Below, in pieces: positions 9,708-20,993 of a stretch of 32,000 nucleotides of DNA. The first letter of the stretch is position 1, and the number at the start of each line of letters is the position of its first letter. Location of the stretch: the sequence record KC012944.1. One strand, given 5' to 3'. A program made the position numbers and the translations under genes. Under the pieces are notes generated by a model. It saw only the letters and a list, made by a program, of their open reading frames with translations. It made no database searches and was not told the origin of the DNA.

Positions 9708-9749
9708 AAACCCACTATTTCATCAAGTAAAGGATGGAATAGTGGGTTT
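9708..9749 (-). terminator. 12-bp stem plus an inner 4-bp extension, 3' of rbcS
   Basis: aaacccactatt (9708-9719) pairs with aatagtgggttt (9738-9749). Inside the loop, catc (9721-9724) pairs with gatg (9733-9736). Confidence 0.5.
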
Positions 9750-9779
9750 TGTTTGGTTTTAGTTGTTATGTATTATAGA

Positions 9780-10205
9780 TTATAAAACGTAACGTTCTCC
9801 TGGAGGATACTTATTAACAACATAACTATGAATAGTGTAACGAATGTTACGACTTTCAGTTTCTTGACGTTCTAAGTAGAAACCTGGTTCTTCGTAAGGA
9901 CGTTGAGCAATGAAAGATAATGCGCAGCTTTCAGTTCCACGAGCATTATCAAAAGCATTGATTTTGATGTACGTTGTAGGGTGAGCTGCACGGCATTGGT
10001 CTAACTCATACATAATTACTGAAGCGTCTTTAATATCGAATAAAGGCATACCCCAAAGCTCCCAGTAAGTGTTACGCGGATGAGGATCTTCTGTCCATTC
10101 AATACTACAAGCCCATCCTTTGCTACAAATATACTTAAGCTGTCCTAAAATTTGTTCGTTTGTTAAATCTGGTAAGTACGAAAATGCACCTTGTGTTAAT
10201 CTCAC
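9780..10205 (-). CDS. rbcS: RuBisCO small subunit, red-type (form ID); GTG start
   Basis: (M)RLTQGAFSYLPDLTNEQILGQLKYICSKGWACSIEWTEDPHPRN is the typical red-type RbcS sequence. The start codon is GTG (10203-10205), with AAGGAG at 10216-10221. Confidence 0.95.
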   Translation of the reverse strand: MRLTQGAFSYLPDLTNEQILGQLKYICSKGWACSIEWTEDPHPRNTYWELWGMPLFDIKDASVIMYELDQCRAAHPTTYIKINAFDNARGTESCALSFIAQRPYEEPGFYLERQETESRNIRYTIHSYVVNKYPPGERYVL

Positions 10206-10257
10206 TCTTCAAATACTCCTTTAGTATGTTAAACTGATTGATATTGTTTTTTTACGA

Positions 10258-11721
<1,464 letters not shown>

Positions 11722-11727
11722 TTAGGA

Positions 11728-11733
11728 CTCCTT
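11728..11733 (-). promoter_or_regulatory. Shine-Dalgarno AAGGAG upstream of rbcL
   Basis: The minus strand reads AAGGAG, a 6-nt spacer, then ATG (11719-11721). Confidence 0.55.
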
Positions 11734-11895
11734 TTATATAGCAGTAAATTCTCTGGTTCTCGGAAATTTTAAATGGTCCCTTCGGCAATTTAACCGAACT
11801 TGAAAAGCAAAACCCATTTAACTTGAGATTTTATTAAAAATTAATTAATATTTAATCTGTAAATCCCTGATTTGAACTCTTCTAGATATATAAGT

Positions 11896-11924
11896 ATTAT
11901 ATGAGTGATTTCTTTAATATACAA
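11896..11924 (-). promoter_or_regulatory. Candidate sigma70/PEP-type promoter for rbcL-rbcS
   Basis: The minus strand reads TTGTAT (11919-11924), a 17-nt spacer, then TATAAT (11896-11901), about 175 nt upstream of the rbcL ATG. TATAAT is common by chance in sequence this AT-rich. Confidence 0.25.
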
Positions 11925-12049
11925 CAATTTTATTTATTTTAATATTTTTATATTAATTTATGAAGTAAAATAAAAATCTAATTGAGTCAAAATATTATTT
12001 CAAATATTGATTATTTTTTGTTTTTATATATATAAATAAAAGAACTTTT

Positions 12050-12280
12050 ATGAAAAAAAAAATTTATACAAATTCGGGAACTTGGATTTTAATTAATGGT
12101 GAGGTTTATATTACTAATTATACAATTAATTTGGACCAACTTTTTGAATTTTTCAATATAAATAAAAGTCTTTTAATTACTGAATATAATCAAGTAATTT
12201 TAAAACCTCTTTTATGTTCAAAAACTTTTTTGGGTTCTTTTGATCGAATTGAATTTGTTACAATTGTAGGTGGTGGTTAA
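12050..12280 (+). CDS. thiS: Sulfur-carrier protein ThiS (ycf40)
   Basis: 76 aa with ..ILINGEVY.. and ending ..DRIEFVTIVGGG*. The INGE motif and C-terminal GG are characteristic of ThiS. Confidence 0.65.
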   Translation: MKKKIYTNSGTWILINGEVYITNYTINLDQLFEFFNINKSLLITEYNQVILKPLLCSKTFLGSFDRIEFVTIVGGG

Positions 12281-12293
12281 AAAACTACTCTAT

Positions 12294-12353
12294 TTTCGTA
12301 ATTTCATTCACGATCAAATTTTAAGGAATTTGATCGTGAATGAAATTATGAAA
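12294..12353. terminator. Very long stem-loop (22 bp perfect, up to 27 bp with one G-U) between convergent thiS and petA
   Basis: taatttcattcacgatcaaatt (12299-12320) / ttaagg / aatttgatcgtgaatgaaatta (12327-12348), checked pair by pair. Flanking bases extend the stem to 12294/12353. Confidence 0.65.
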
Positions 12354-12376
12354 TCAAACACCATCTTTATACTTAC

Positions 12377-13336
12377 TTAGAAGTTCATTTCGGCTGCTTG
12401 AACTTTTTCAAATTGTTTTTTCTTAACAACTAAAAGCACTTGTGTTAACATTGTAACAAAAGCAAAAGCTACATAACCATAAATTCGAGTAGGGTTTTGT
12501 AAAACAATTTCTTTATCTGTTTGACCAAAACCTCCAACATTTGGATCAGCAGTAAGAGGTTGATCCACTCGAATAATATCGCTTTTTGAAATAAGTAAAT
12601 CTAAACCTGCTGGTATAAGTTGTTCGCTATTGTTTCCGTTAGTATCTTGAACACTTACCTTTGTTCCTGTTTTTTCATTTATCTCAATATTTACGACCTT
12701 TCCGCTAACTGATGATAAATATTGGTTATTATTAGTTTTTTGTCCATCAGGATAAACTTGACCACGTCCTCTATTACCACCAACATAAAGTGGGTATTTA
12801 AAGAAGTGAACACGCTTATCTGTTTCTGGGTTTGGTGCTAAAATAGGAAAATGTATTTCTTGATTTTTTTCACCCGCAACTGGCCCCACTACTAAAATAT
12901 TTTCTAATGTTGGGCTGTAAGGTGTAATATAAACAGAGGCTATTTTTGATTTTAGCTCAGCACTTAATTTATCTTTTGGGGCAAGTTTAAAACCTTCTGG
13001 TAATACTAGGACTGCACCTACATTTAATCCACCTTTTTTACCGCTACCTAAAATTTGTTTTTTAGATGTGTCGTAAGGTATTTTCACAGTTGTTTCAAAA
13101 ACTTGATCAGGTAGAATTGATTGAGGTGCTTCTAATTCAACTGTTTTCGCTGCTAAATGGCAGTTAGCACAAACAATTCTTCCATTTGCTTCACGCGGAT
13201 TTTTATATGCCTGTTGTGCATATATTGGAAATGCGTTTGCTCTAGAAGCAGGTAATACTAATTGCTGAATAGCAATACTTGCTAAAACAAGAAAATCGAA
13301 ACTCTTTCCGATTTTTCTGCGGCATTCTTTTCGCAT
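12377..13336 (-). CDS. petA: Cytochrome f precursor
   Basis: Signal peptide, then FPIYAQQAYKNPREANGRIVCANCHLA (heme-binding CANCH), and a C-terminal TM anchor. Confidence 0.95.
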   Translation of the reverse strand: MRKECRRKIGKSFDFLVLASIAIQQLVLPASRANAFPIYAQQAYKNPREANGRIVCANCHLAAKTVELEAPQSILPDQVFETTVKIPYDTSKKQILGSGKKGGLNVGAVLVLPEGFKLAPKDKLSAELKSKIASVYITPYSPTLENILVVGPVAGEKNQEIHFPILAPNPETDKRVHFFKYPLYVGGNRGRGQVYPDGQKTNNNQYLSSVSGKVVNIEINEKTGTKVSVQDTNGNNSEQLIPAGLDLLISKSDIIRVDQPLTADPNVGGFGQTDKEIVLQNPTRIYGYVAFAFVTMLTQVLLVVKKKQFEKVQAAEMNF

Positions 13337-13414
13337 ATAGTCCTTTTAATTTATTTAAATTGATCAAAAATTAACAAAATTTACGGTTTTAGAAGTTACT
13401 TTTATAAAATAGTT

Positions 13415-14173
13415 TTAGCAGATAACTTTTATTTTTTCTAAGGCAAATAATAAGCCACTACCAGTTATAAAGAGAACTAAAATTGCTATAGTAAAAACTA
13501 ACTGTGTGATTGGATCTGTAGAAGGAGTTATTATTGCTGCTAAAACAGTTGAAGCTAATAAAACATATCTAAGACCATTAAAACAATTTTTTGAAGTACA
13601 TAATCCTATAAATCCTAAAAGAATTTGAATTACTGGAATTTGAAATGTGTAGATTGACCCAAGTAACAAAATCCATAGAAAATCTACATATTCTTGAAAA
13701 GACCATAACGGTTCAAGTATATCTTTGGTATATGCAAAGAAAAACGTTAGTGCTGCTGGTGCAACAACATTATATGCATAAAAACTACCAGCTAAGATTA
13801 GAATAAATGATAAAAATAATAAGCTAGCAAAAGCAAATTTTTCTCGATTTAATAAAGCAGGGAAAAGATAACAAATACCATAAATAATAAGAAATGGACT
13901 TTCCAAAAAAATTGCTGTCGATAGTGAAAGTTTGAAACTTAAGAAAAAATATTCATCTGGAGAAGGTTGAAAAAATTTAATTCCATCGATTGCACTCTGA
14001 AGAAATTGGGCTAAAAATTTTGTTTGTGAAAAACATAAACCAACTAATATTATTAGAAAAATGGCTAACTGAAATAAACGTTCTCTTAGCTCTTGGTTAT
14101 GCTCTTTCAGCCCCATATAAATCTTAGGTGCTGCTACTTTATCTAATATTAACAAGTTAAATTTAAACTGCAT
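13415..14173 (-). CDS. tatC: Sec-independent translocase TatC (ycf43)
   Basis: ..HNQELRERLFQ.., six TM segments, and ..AAIITPSTDPITQ.. are TatC signatures. The start could instead be Met20 (ATG at 14114-14116). Confidence 0.85.
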   Translation of the reverse strand: MQFKFNLLILDKVAAPKIYMGLKEHNQELRERLFQLAIFLIILVGLCFSQTKFLAQFLQSAIDGIKFFQPSPDEYFFLSFKLSLSTAIFLESPFLIIYGICYLFPALLNREKFAFASLLFLSFILILAGSFYAYNVVAPAALTFFFAYTKDILEPLWSFQEYVDFLWILLLGSIYTFQIPVIQILLGFIGLCTSKNCFNGLRYVLLASTVLAAIITPSTDPITQLVFTIAILVLFITGSGLLFALEKIKVIC

Positions 14174-14185
14174 ATTGAAATTTGG

Positions 14186-14226
14186 AATTAAAGTATTAAA
14201 TATAATTTATATTTAATACTTTAATT
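14186..14226 (-). terminator. Perfect 18-bp AT-only stem-loop immediately 3' of atpE
   Basis: aattaaagtattaaatat (14186-14203) / aattt / atatttaatactttaatt (14209-14226). Confidence 0.5.
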
Positions 14227-14230
14227 TTGA

Positions 14231-14650
14231 TTAATTAGAATTTGACTGGGCAAAACTTAGTGCTTGAAATCGAGCTAGTGAACGTTTTAAATTAATTGTG
14301 TTTAAAAGTTTTTCATTTTGCTTATTCGATTTAGCTAAATTTTCTATTGTCTCGTCAAGTTCTTTTTTTGCTTGATCAATGTCTATCTTAATATCAGATA
14401 GTTCTTCTACCTGTCTAACAATAATTTTAAGATTATTATCTTTAATTTCGGCAATTCCATCTAATACTACAATTGGTACCCAGTTGTTCTCAGCTTTTAT
14501 TCTAAGAACACCTATGTCTAAAGCAGTAAGTAATCTACTATGATTAGGTAAAATACCAAGTTCACCTGTTGTTGTAGGTAAAACTGCTTCTTTTACTTTC
14601 CAATTTGTAATTGTTCGATTAGTTGCTAAGATATTTGTCGTAATTAACAT
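14231..14650 (-). CDS. atpE: ATP synthase CF1 epsilon subunit
   Basis: ..VKEAVLPTTTGELGILPNHSRLLTALDIGVLRIK.. is the epsilon beta-sandwich motif. The gene lies directly downstream of atpB. Confidence 0.9.
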   Translation of the reverse strand: MLITTNILATNRTITNWKVKEAVLPTTTGELGILPNHSRLLTALDIGVLRIKAENNWVPIVVLDGIAEIKDNNLKIIVRQVEELSDIKIDIDQAKKELDETIENLAKSNKQNEKLLNTINLKRSLARFQALSFAQSNSN

Positions 14651-14663
14651 AAAATATCTACTC

Positions 14664-16208
<1,545 letters not shown>

Positions 16209-16222
16209 TTAGTTAGTAGTAA

Positions 16223-16726
16223 TTAGTTTAGTTCACGTCCTGTCGTAATTAACCAATTCTCTGCTTCGATGTAGTTATTTGGGGCTAATCGTATAGCCTC
16301 TTTCCAATAATCTGCTGCTTTATTAAAAAGTTTTTTAGCTATTTCAGATTGGCGTTTTTCAGATGATTTAACACCTTGATAATGGTAAATTACAGCTATA
16401 TTATTATAAGTTTGTGACAGTTTTGGATTTAGTTCTAGTGATTGATGATAATATTGAAGAGCTATTGAGTACTCTCCATTATTAGAGTAAATTAAAGCAA
16501 TATTATATAGAATGTAGCTACGATCAATTGGATCTTCTTCTAGTTGTAAAGCTTCATAGTAACTTTCTAATGCTTGCGCATATTGACCAGATGATTGAGC
16601 AACTAAGCCTTCCTTATAATATGTAAAGGCCTCTTTTTCTTGCTGGCTAGCTGGTAAGACTTTAATTACAATATCCGCCATAATTGTAAAGGTCTTGTCA
16701 AGAAAGTTATCGTTTTGTTGATTCAT
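16223..16726 (-). CDS. ycf3: Photosystem I assembly protein Ycf3 (TPR), uninterrupted
   Basis: [63 protein letters not shown] is canonical Ycf3 sequence. Confidence 0.93.
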   Translation of the reverse strand: MNQQNDNFLDKTFTIMADIVIKVLPASQQEKEAFTYYKEGLVAQSSGQYAQALESYYEALQLEEDPIDRSYILYNIALIYSNNGEYSIALQYYHQSLELNPKLSQTYNNIAVIYHYQGVKSSEKRQSEIAKKLFNKAADYWKEAIRLAPNNYIEAENWLITTGRELN

Positions 16727-16767
16727 CCTTTTTGATATAGTTATTTTTCAATTTTATTTCTCAAGTA

Positions 16768-16986
16768 TTAAAGAGCTTTATTTGGGACAAAAGGAAATAG
16801 ACCTAATAATCTCGCGTGTTTTATCGCTTTTTTTAAACGACTTTGTTGTATTTTTGTTAAATTGCTAACACGGCGTCCTAAAATTTTTCCATAACTTGTA
16901 GTGAAAGATCTTAGTAATAAAAGGTCTTTATAATCAATGTCACGATTTAACCCTAAAGGTGAAAGTTTTGCTTTCATTTTTCTCAT
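16768..16986 (-). CDS. rps18: 30S ribosomal protein S18
   Basis: IDYKDLLLLRSFTTSYGKILGRRVSNLTKIQQSRLKKAIKHARLLGL is the S18 signature. Confidence 0.9.
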   Translation of the reverse strand: MRKMKAKLSPLGLNRDIDYKDLLLLRSFTTSYGKILGRRVSNLTKIQQSRLKKAIKHARLLGLFPFVPNKAL

Positions 16987-16991
16987 ATTTG

Positions 16992-17186
16992 TTATTTAGT
17001 TTCTTTGTGTACTGTATGTGAATTACAATGTGGACAAAACTTTTTTATTTCTAATCGAGTAGGGGTGTTACGACGATTTTTTACTGTCGTGTAACGCGAA
17101 ACTCCTTCTGATCGTTTGTCAGTATTTGTACGACATGTCGTACATTCAAGATGTATAATGATACGGCTACCTTTTTGCTTTGCCAT
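16992..17186 (-). CDS. rpl33: 50S ribosomal protein L33
   Basis: [50 protein letters not shown] has the L33 zinc-ribbon pattern. Confidence 0.9.
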   Translation of the reverse strand: MAKQKGSRIIIHLECTTCRTNTDKRSEGVSRYTTVKNRRNTPTRLEIKKFCPHCNSHTVHKETK

Positions 17187-17380
17187 TTTTTGTTAATTGT
17201 AAATTTTTTATTATAGAACTCTATATAATTAATTATAAGAAATTTTTATTATGAAGCTAGTCAAAAGACTATGTTATTATTTCAATTTAATTTATAATAT
17301 TTAGATATTTTTAGGCAACTAAATTTAATTAAAAAATTTTTGAAACCTCCTTAATACTTATTAAAGAATAATAAAATAAT

Positions 17381-17671
17381 ATGGCTAATATTAAATCTGC
17401 GAAGAAAAGAGTTCGTATTGGTGAAAGAAATCGTAAAATGAATAGATTTTATAAATCAAATATTAAAACTTTAGTAAAAAAATATAGATTAAGTATTAAA
17501 ACATTTGAGACAACGCGTGATGTTGAGACATACGAAACCCTACAAACTTTAATTTCGAAAATATATAGTAAAATTGACAAAGCAGCAAAAAAAAAAGTTT
17601 TTCATTTGAGAAAAGCAGCAAGACAAAAATCGCGTATTAGCAATGTACTAAAAAAAGTTGGTAAACCTTAA
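17381..17671 (+). CDS. rps20: 30S ribosomal protein S20
   Basis: MANIKSAKKRVRIGERNR is the canonical S20 N-terminus. The protein is basic and 96 aa long. Confidence 0.88.
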   Translation: MANIKSAKKRVRIGERNRKMNRFYKSNIKTLVKKYRLSIKTFETTRDVETYETLQTLISKIYSKIDKAAKKKVFHLRKAARQKSRISNVLKKVGKP

Positions 17672-17703
17672 CCTTAAAATGAAATTACATAATTTTTTTT
17701 AAT

Positions 17704-17763
17704 TTTTAAAGTAATAGATTTATTACTTTAAAAGCATACAACTAGTTTAAAGCTAGTTGTATG
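17704..17763 (+). terminator. Two tandem stem-loops 3' of rps20
   Basis: Hairpin 1: taaagtaata (17707-17716) pairs with tattacttta (17721-17730), extendable by 3 A-T pairs. Hairpin 2: catacaactag (17735-17745) pairs with ctagttgtatg (17753-17763). Confidence 0.5.
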
Positions 17764-17804
17764 TATATTTTTTGAAATGAATAATCAAGGAGTAAATAAA
17801 ATAA

Positions 17805-20800
17805 ATGCGAAAAGTTTTTTTGGCTAAGATGCCGGATCTCGTTGAGATTCAAAAAACTAGCTTTTGTTGGTTCCTAGAGGAAGGATTAAACGAAGAGTTA
17901 AGAAATCTTTCAAATTTAGCTGACTTCATGGAGACTTTTGAAATACGATTTTTTTATAACGATTTTTATTTTCATGCACCTTTTCGTATACCAAATGAAT
18001 CTAGACGAGATCGGCTTTCCTACTCTATTAGGCTTTATATGCCGATTGAAGTTGAAGACAAAAGGACTCAAACAATTGAATTACATACATTATGTCTATG
18101 TGAATTACCTTTAATGACAAATCGTGGAACATTTGTAATTAATGGGTGTGAAAGGGTTATTTTAGGCCAAATTGTTAGAAGTCCTGGTATTTACTATAAA
18201 GTAGACGCAATTAATAGTCAAATTTCTACTATAGGAGCTACGTTAATTTCAAATCGTGGATCATGGTTATATTTTGAGTATGATCGAGAAAAACTTGTTT
18301 GGATCAAAACGGACCGAATTGAAAAGATACCAATTTCAACAATATTAGAAGACATAGGTGGCCAATCAAGCACAGTATACACTCATTTAGAAAACTCCCA
18401 CTATTTTGAATATATTCTAGCGCACTCGAGAAAAATTTATACAAAAGGTTCTGATTTTCCATACGAAGAATATCAAGCTAGATGGGAGTTACTAAAAAAT
18501 GAAATTTTTGAGCCAAGATATTATAGTTTAGGCAAAGTAGGTCGATATAAAGTTAATAAAAAATTAGGTTTGTCATTACCAGATAAAGCTCAAACACTAA
18601 CTTTACATGATCTAGTTGAAATTATTGATTATTTAATCGGACTACGTGTTTTAATTGGCAATGTTGATGATATAGATAGTTTAGAAAATCGAAGAATTAG
18701 ATCAATTGGCGAACTACTTCAATCACAATTTTCTCAGGCATTTTTAAGGTTTGGAGCGTTTCTTGATGAAAAAAGAAATACTATGAATACTCTTGATTTA
18801 AGTGTTTTAATTAATCCTTTTCCAATTCAATCAGCTGTTGATGAATTTTTTGCTACAAATCCCTTATCTCAGTACTTAGATCAAATTAATCCATTAGCAG
18901 AATTGATTCATAAACGAAGAGTTACAGTTTTAGGACCGGGCGGTATACCCTTTGAAAAAGCTAGTTTAGCTATTCGGGATATTCATCCTAGTTATTATGG
19001 AAGACTATGTCCAATTGATACTCCTGAAGGGGAAAAAGCTGGATTAGTAGCTTCGCTTGCTACCTTTGTACAAACAGATAGCCAAGGGTTTTTAAAAACT
19101 CCATTTTTCTCTGTTAAAAAGGGGAAAATTATTGGACTAGACTATTTAAGTGTAGGACAAGAAGATGGTAAATCTATTGCAATGGGTGACAGTCTTGTAA
19201 GCTCAAAAGGATTTTTATTAACAAAAAGAATTGGTATTAAGGAAAATGATGAATTCCGTATTACTTCACCTTCTGAAATTGAATATCTTTCAATTTCTCC
19301 GTTCCAACTTTTTTCACCCGCAGTAGGGCTAATTCCATTCTTTGAACATGATGACGCAAATAGAACTTTGATGGGCGCTCACATGCAACGCCAAGCTGTA
19401 CCGTTGTTAAGACCTCAAAAACCAATTGTCGGGACTGGTATAGAATCACACTTAGCTATTGAATCAGGTTCATTAGTTTTAAGTTATAGCAAAGGTACTG
19501 TCAGATTTGTTTCATCAAATTCGATTTGGATCAGGGATTGTTATGGAAAAACCATTGTTTATAAACTTGAAAAAGCACAATCCTCAAATCAATCTACAAT
19601 TATTAGCCAACGCCCAATTGTATGGATAGGTGAAAATGTTGAATCTGGTAGTGTTATTGCTGATGGACCTAGTACAGATGAAGGAGAGTTAGCTTTAGGT
19701 AAAAATATTACAGTAGCGTATATGCCATGGGGTGGTTATAACTATGAAGATGCTATTGTAGTAAGTGAAAGATTAGTTTACGAAAATTTATTTACATCTA
19801 TCCATATTGAAAAACTTGAAGTTGAAATCGAAGATAATGATCGTGGACCAGATTATGTAACACGTGATTTACCTGAGAGTAGTGCTGAAAAATATCGTTT
19901 ACGTAATCTAGACGAAAATGGATTAGTTTACGTAGGTGTACATGTTCAACCGGGCGATGCATTAGTTGGAAAACTTTCTCCGAAACGTCGTGAAAATACA
20001 TATGGAAGACTACTTGAAGAACTCTTTGGGGATGCAACTTCAGTTGCAGATACATCATTAAGAGTTCCCTTAGGAATGGTAGGTAAAATTTTAGATGTAA
20101 GAGTTTTAGACCGAGAAACAGCATTGGATATGCCACCTAAAGTGTTATACGTTATTCAAGTTTTTGTTGCTAATATAAGACGTATGCAAATAGGAGATAA
20201 AATGGCGGGCCGTCATGGTAACAAAGGAGTTATTTCAACTTTGGCACCTTTAGCCGATTTGCCCTTTTTACCTGATGGAACACTAGTGGATATCATTTTA
20301 AATCCATTAGGTGTACCTTCACGTATGAATGTAGGCCAACTATTTGAGTGTTTACTAGGTTGGGCTGGCGAAAAATTAGAACGTAGGTTTAAAGTTTTTC
20401 CATTTGATGAAATGTATGGAACAGAAGCTTCAAGAACTTTAGTATATGAAAAATTGTCTGAAATTTCAGAAGAATTATCTGAAGAGGAAAAAATATTAAA
20501 AAAATCTACACCAGGTAAGGTTGTTTTACGTGATGGGCGAACAGGAGAACCTTTTGATAACCCTATAACGGTTGGTAAACCTTATATGTTGAAGTTAATC
20601 CACCTTGTAGATGACAAAATTCATGCAAGATCCATAGGACCTTATTCTGTTATTACTCAGCAACCTTTAGGTGGCCGATCAAGAGAAGGTGGACAAAGAT
20701 TTGGTGAAATGGAAGTTTGGGCTTTAGAAGCTTATGGTACAGCTCATACATTACAAGAATTATTAACTTTAAAATCCGATGATATATCAGGTCGGTTAAG

Positions 20801-20972
20801 AGCCTATAAAGCTATTGTTGGGCATAATCAAATGCCATCTCCAGGTATACCTGAATCTTTTAGAGTTTTACTTCGTGAATTACGATCTTTAGCTGTCGAT
20901 ATACACGCTTTAAGATTTATGGCTCACTCTTCTGGAAAGCTTGAACCAAACGTTAAACCAGTTAAATTTTAA
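17805..20972 (+). CDS. rpoB: RNA polymerase beta subunit
   Basis: PDLVEIQ..SF..FL, NGCERVILGQIVRSPGIYY, GRHGNKGVIS, PFDEMYG and GGQRFGEMEVWALEAYG. AAGGAG lies at 17787-17792. Confidence 0.97.
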   Translation: MRKVFLAKMPDLVEIQKTSFCWFLEEGLNEELRNLSNLADFMETFEIRFFYNDFYFHAPFRIPNESRRDRLSYSIRLYMPIEVEDKRTQTIELHTLCLCELPLMTNRGTFVINGCERVILGQIVRSPGIYYKVDAINSQISTIGATLISNRGSWLYFEYDREKLVWIKTDRIEKIPISTILEDIGGQSSTVYTHLENSHYFEYILAHSRKIYTKGSDFPYEEYQARWELLKNEIFEPRYYSLGKVGRYKVNKKLGLSLPDKAQTLTLHDLVEIIDYLIGLRVLIGNVDDIDSLENRRIRSIGELLQSQFSQAFLRFGAFLDEKRNTMNTLDLSVLINPFPIQSAVDEFFATNPLSQYLDQINPLAELIHKRRVTVLGPGGIPFEKASLAIRDIHPSYYGRLCPIDTPEGEKAGLVASLATFVQTDSQGFLKTPFFSVKKGKIIGLDYLSVGQEDGKSIAMGDSLVSSKGFLLTKRIGIKENDEFRITSPSEIEYLSISPFQLFSPAVGLIPFFEHDDANRTLMGAHMQRQAVPLLRPQKPIVGTGIESHLAIESGSLVLSYSKGTVRFVSSNSIWIRDCYGKTIVYKLEKAQSSNQSTIISQRPIVWIGENVESGSVIADGPSTDEGELALGKNITVAYMPWGGYNYEDAIVVSERLVYENLFTSIHIEKLEVEIEDNDRGPDYVTRDLPESSAEKYRLRNLDENGLVYVGVHVQPGDALVGKLSPKRRENTYGRLLEELFGDATSVADTSLRVPLGMVGKILDVRVLDRETALDMPPKVLYVIQVFVANIRRMQIGDKMAGRHGNKGVISTLAPLADLPFLPDGTLVDIILNPLGVPSRMNVGQLFECLLGWAGEKLERRFKVFPFDEMYGTEASRTLVYEKLSEISEELSEEEKILKKSTPGKVVLRDGRTGEPFDNPITVGKPYMLKLIHLVDDKIHARSIGPYSVITQQPLGGRSREGGQRFGEMEVWALEAYGTAHTLQELLTLKSDDISGRLRAYKAIVGHNQMPSPGIPESFRVLLRELRSLAVDIHALRFMAHSSGKLEPNVKPVKF

Positions 20973-20993
20973 TTTTTTAGAGGAATACAAAAA

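Noticed and set aside
17339-17367. TTGAAA at 17339-17344 as a possible -35 box for rps20.
   Set aside because: The best -10 candidate at a 16-17 nt spacing is TAAAGA/AAAGAA, a poor match, and it would leave almost no leader before ATG 17381.
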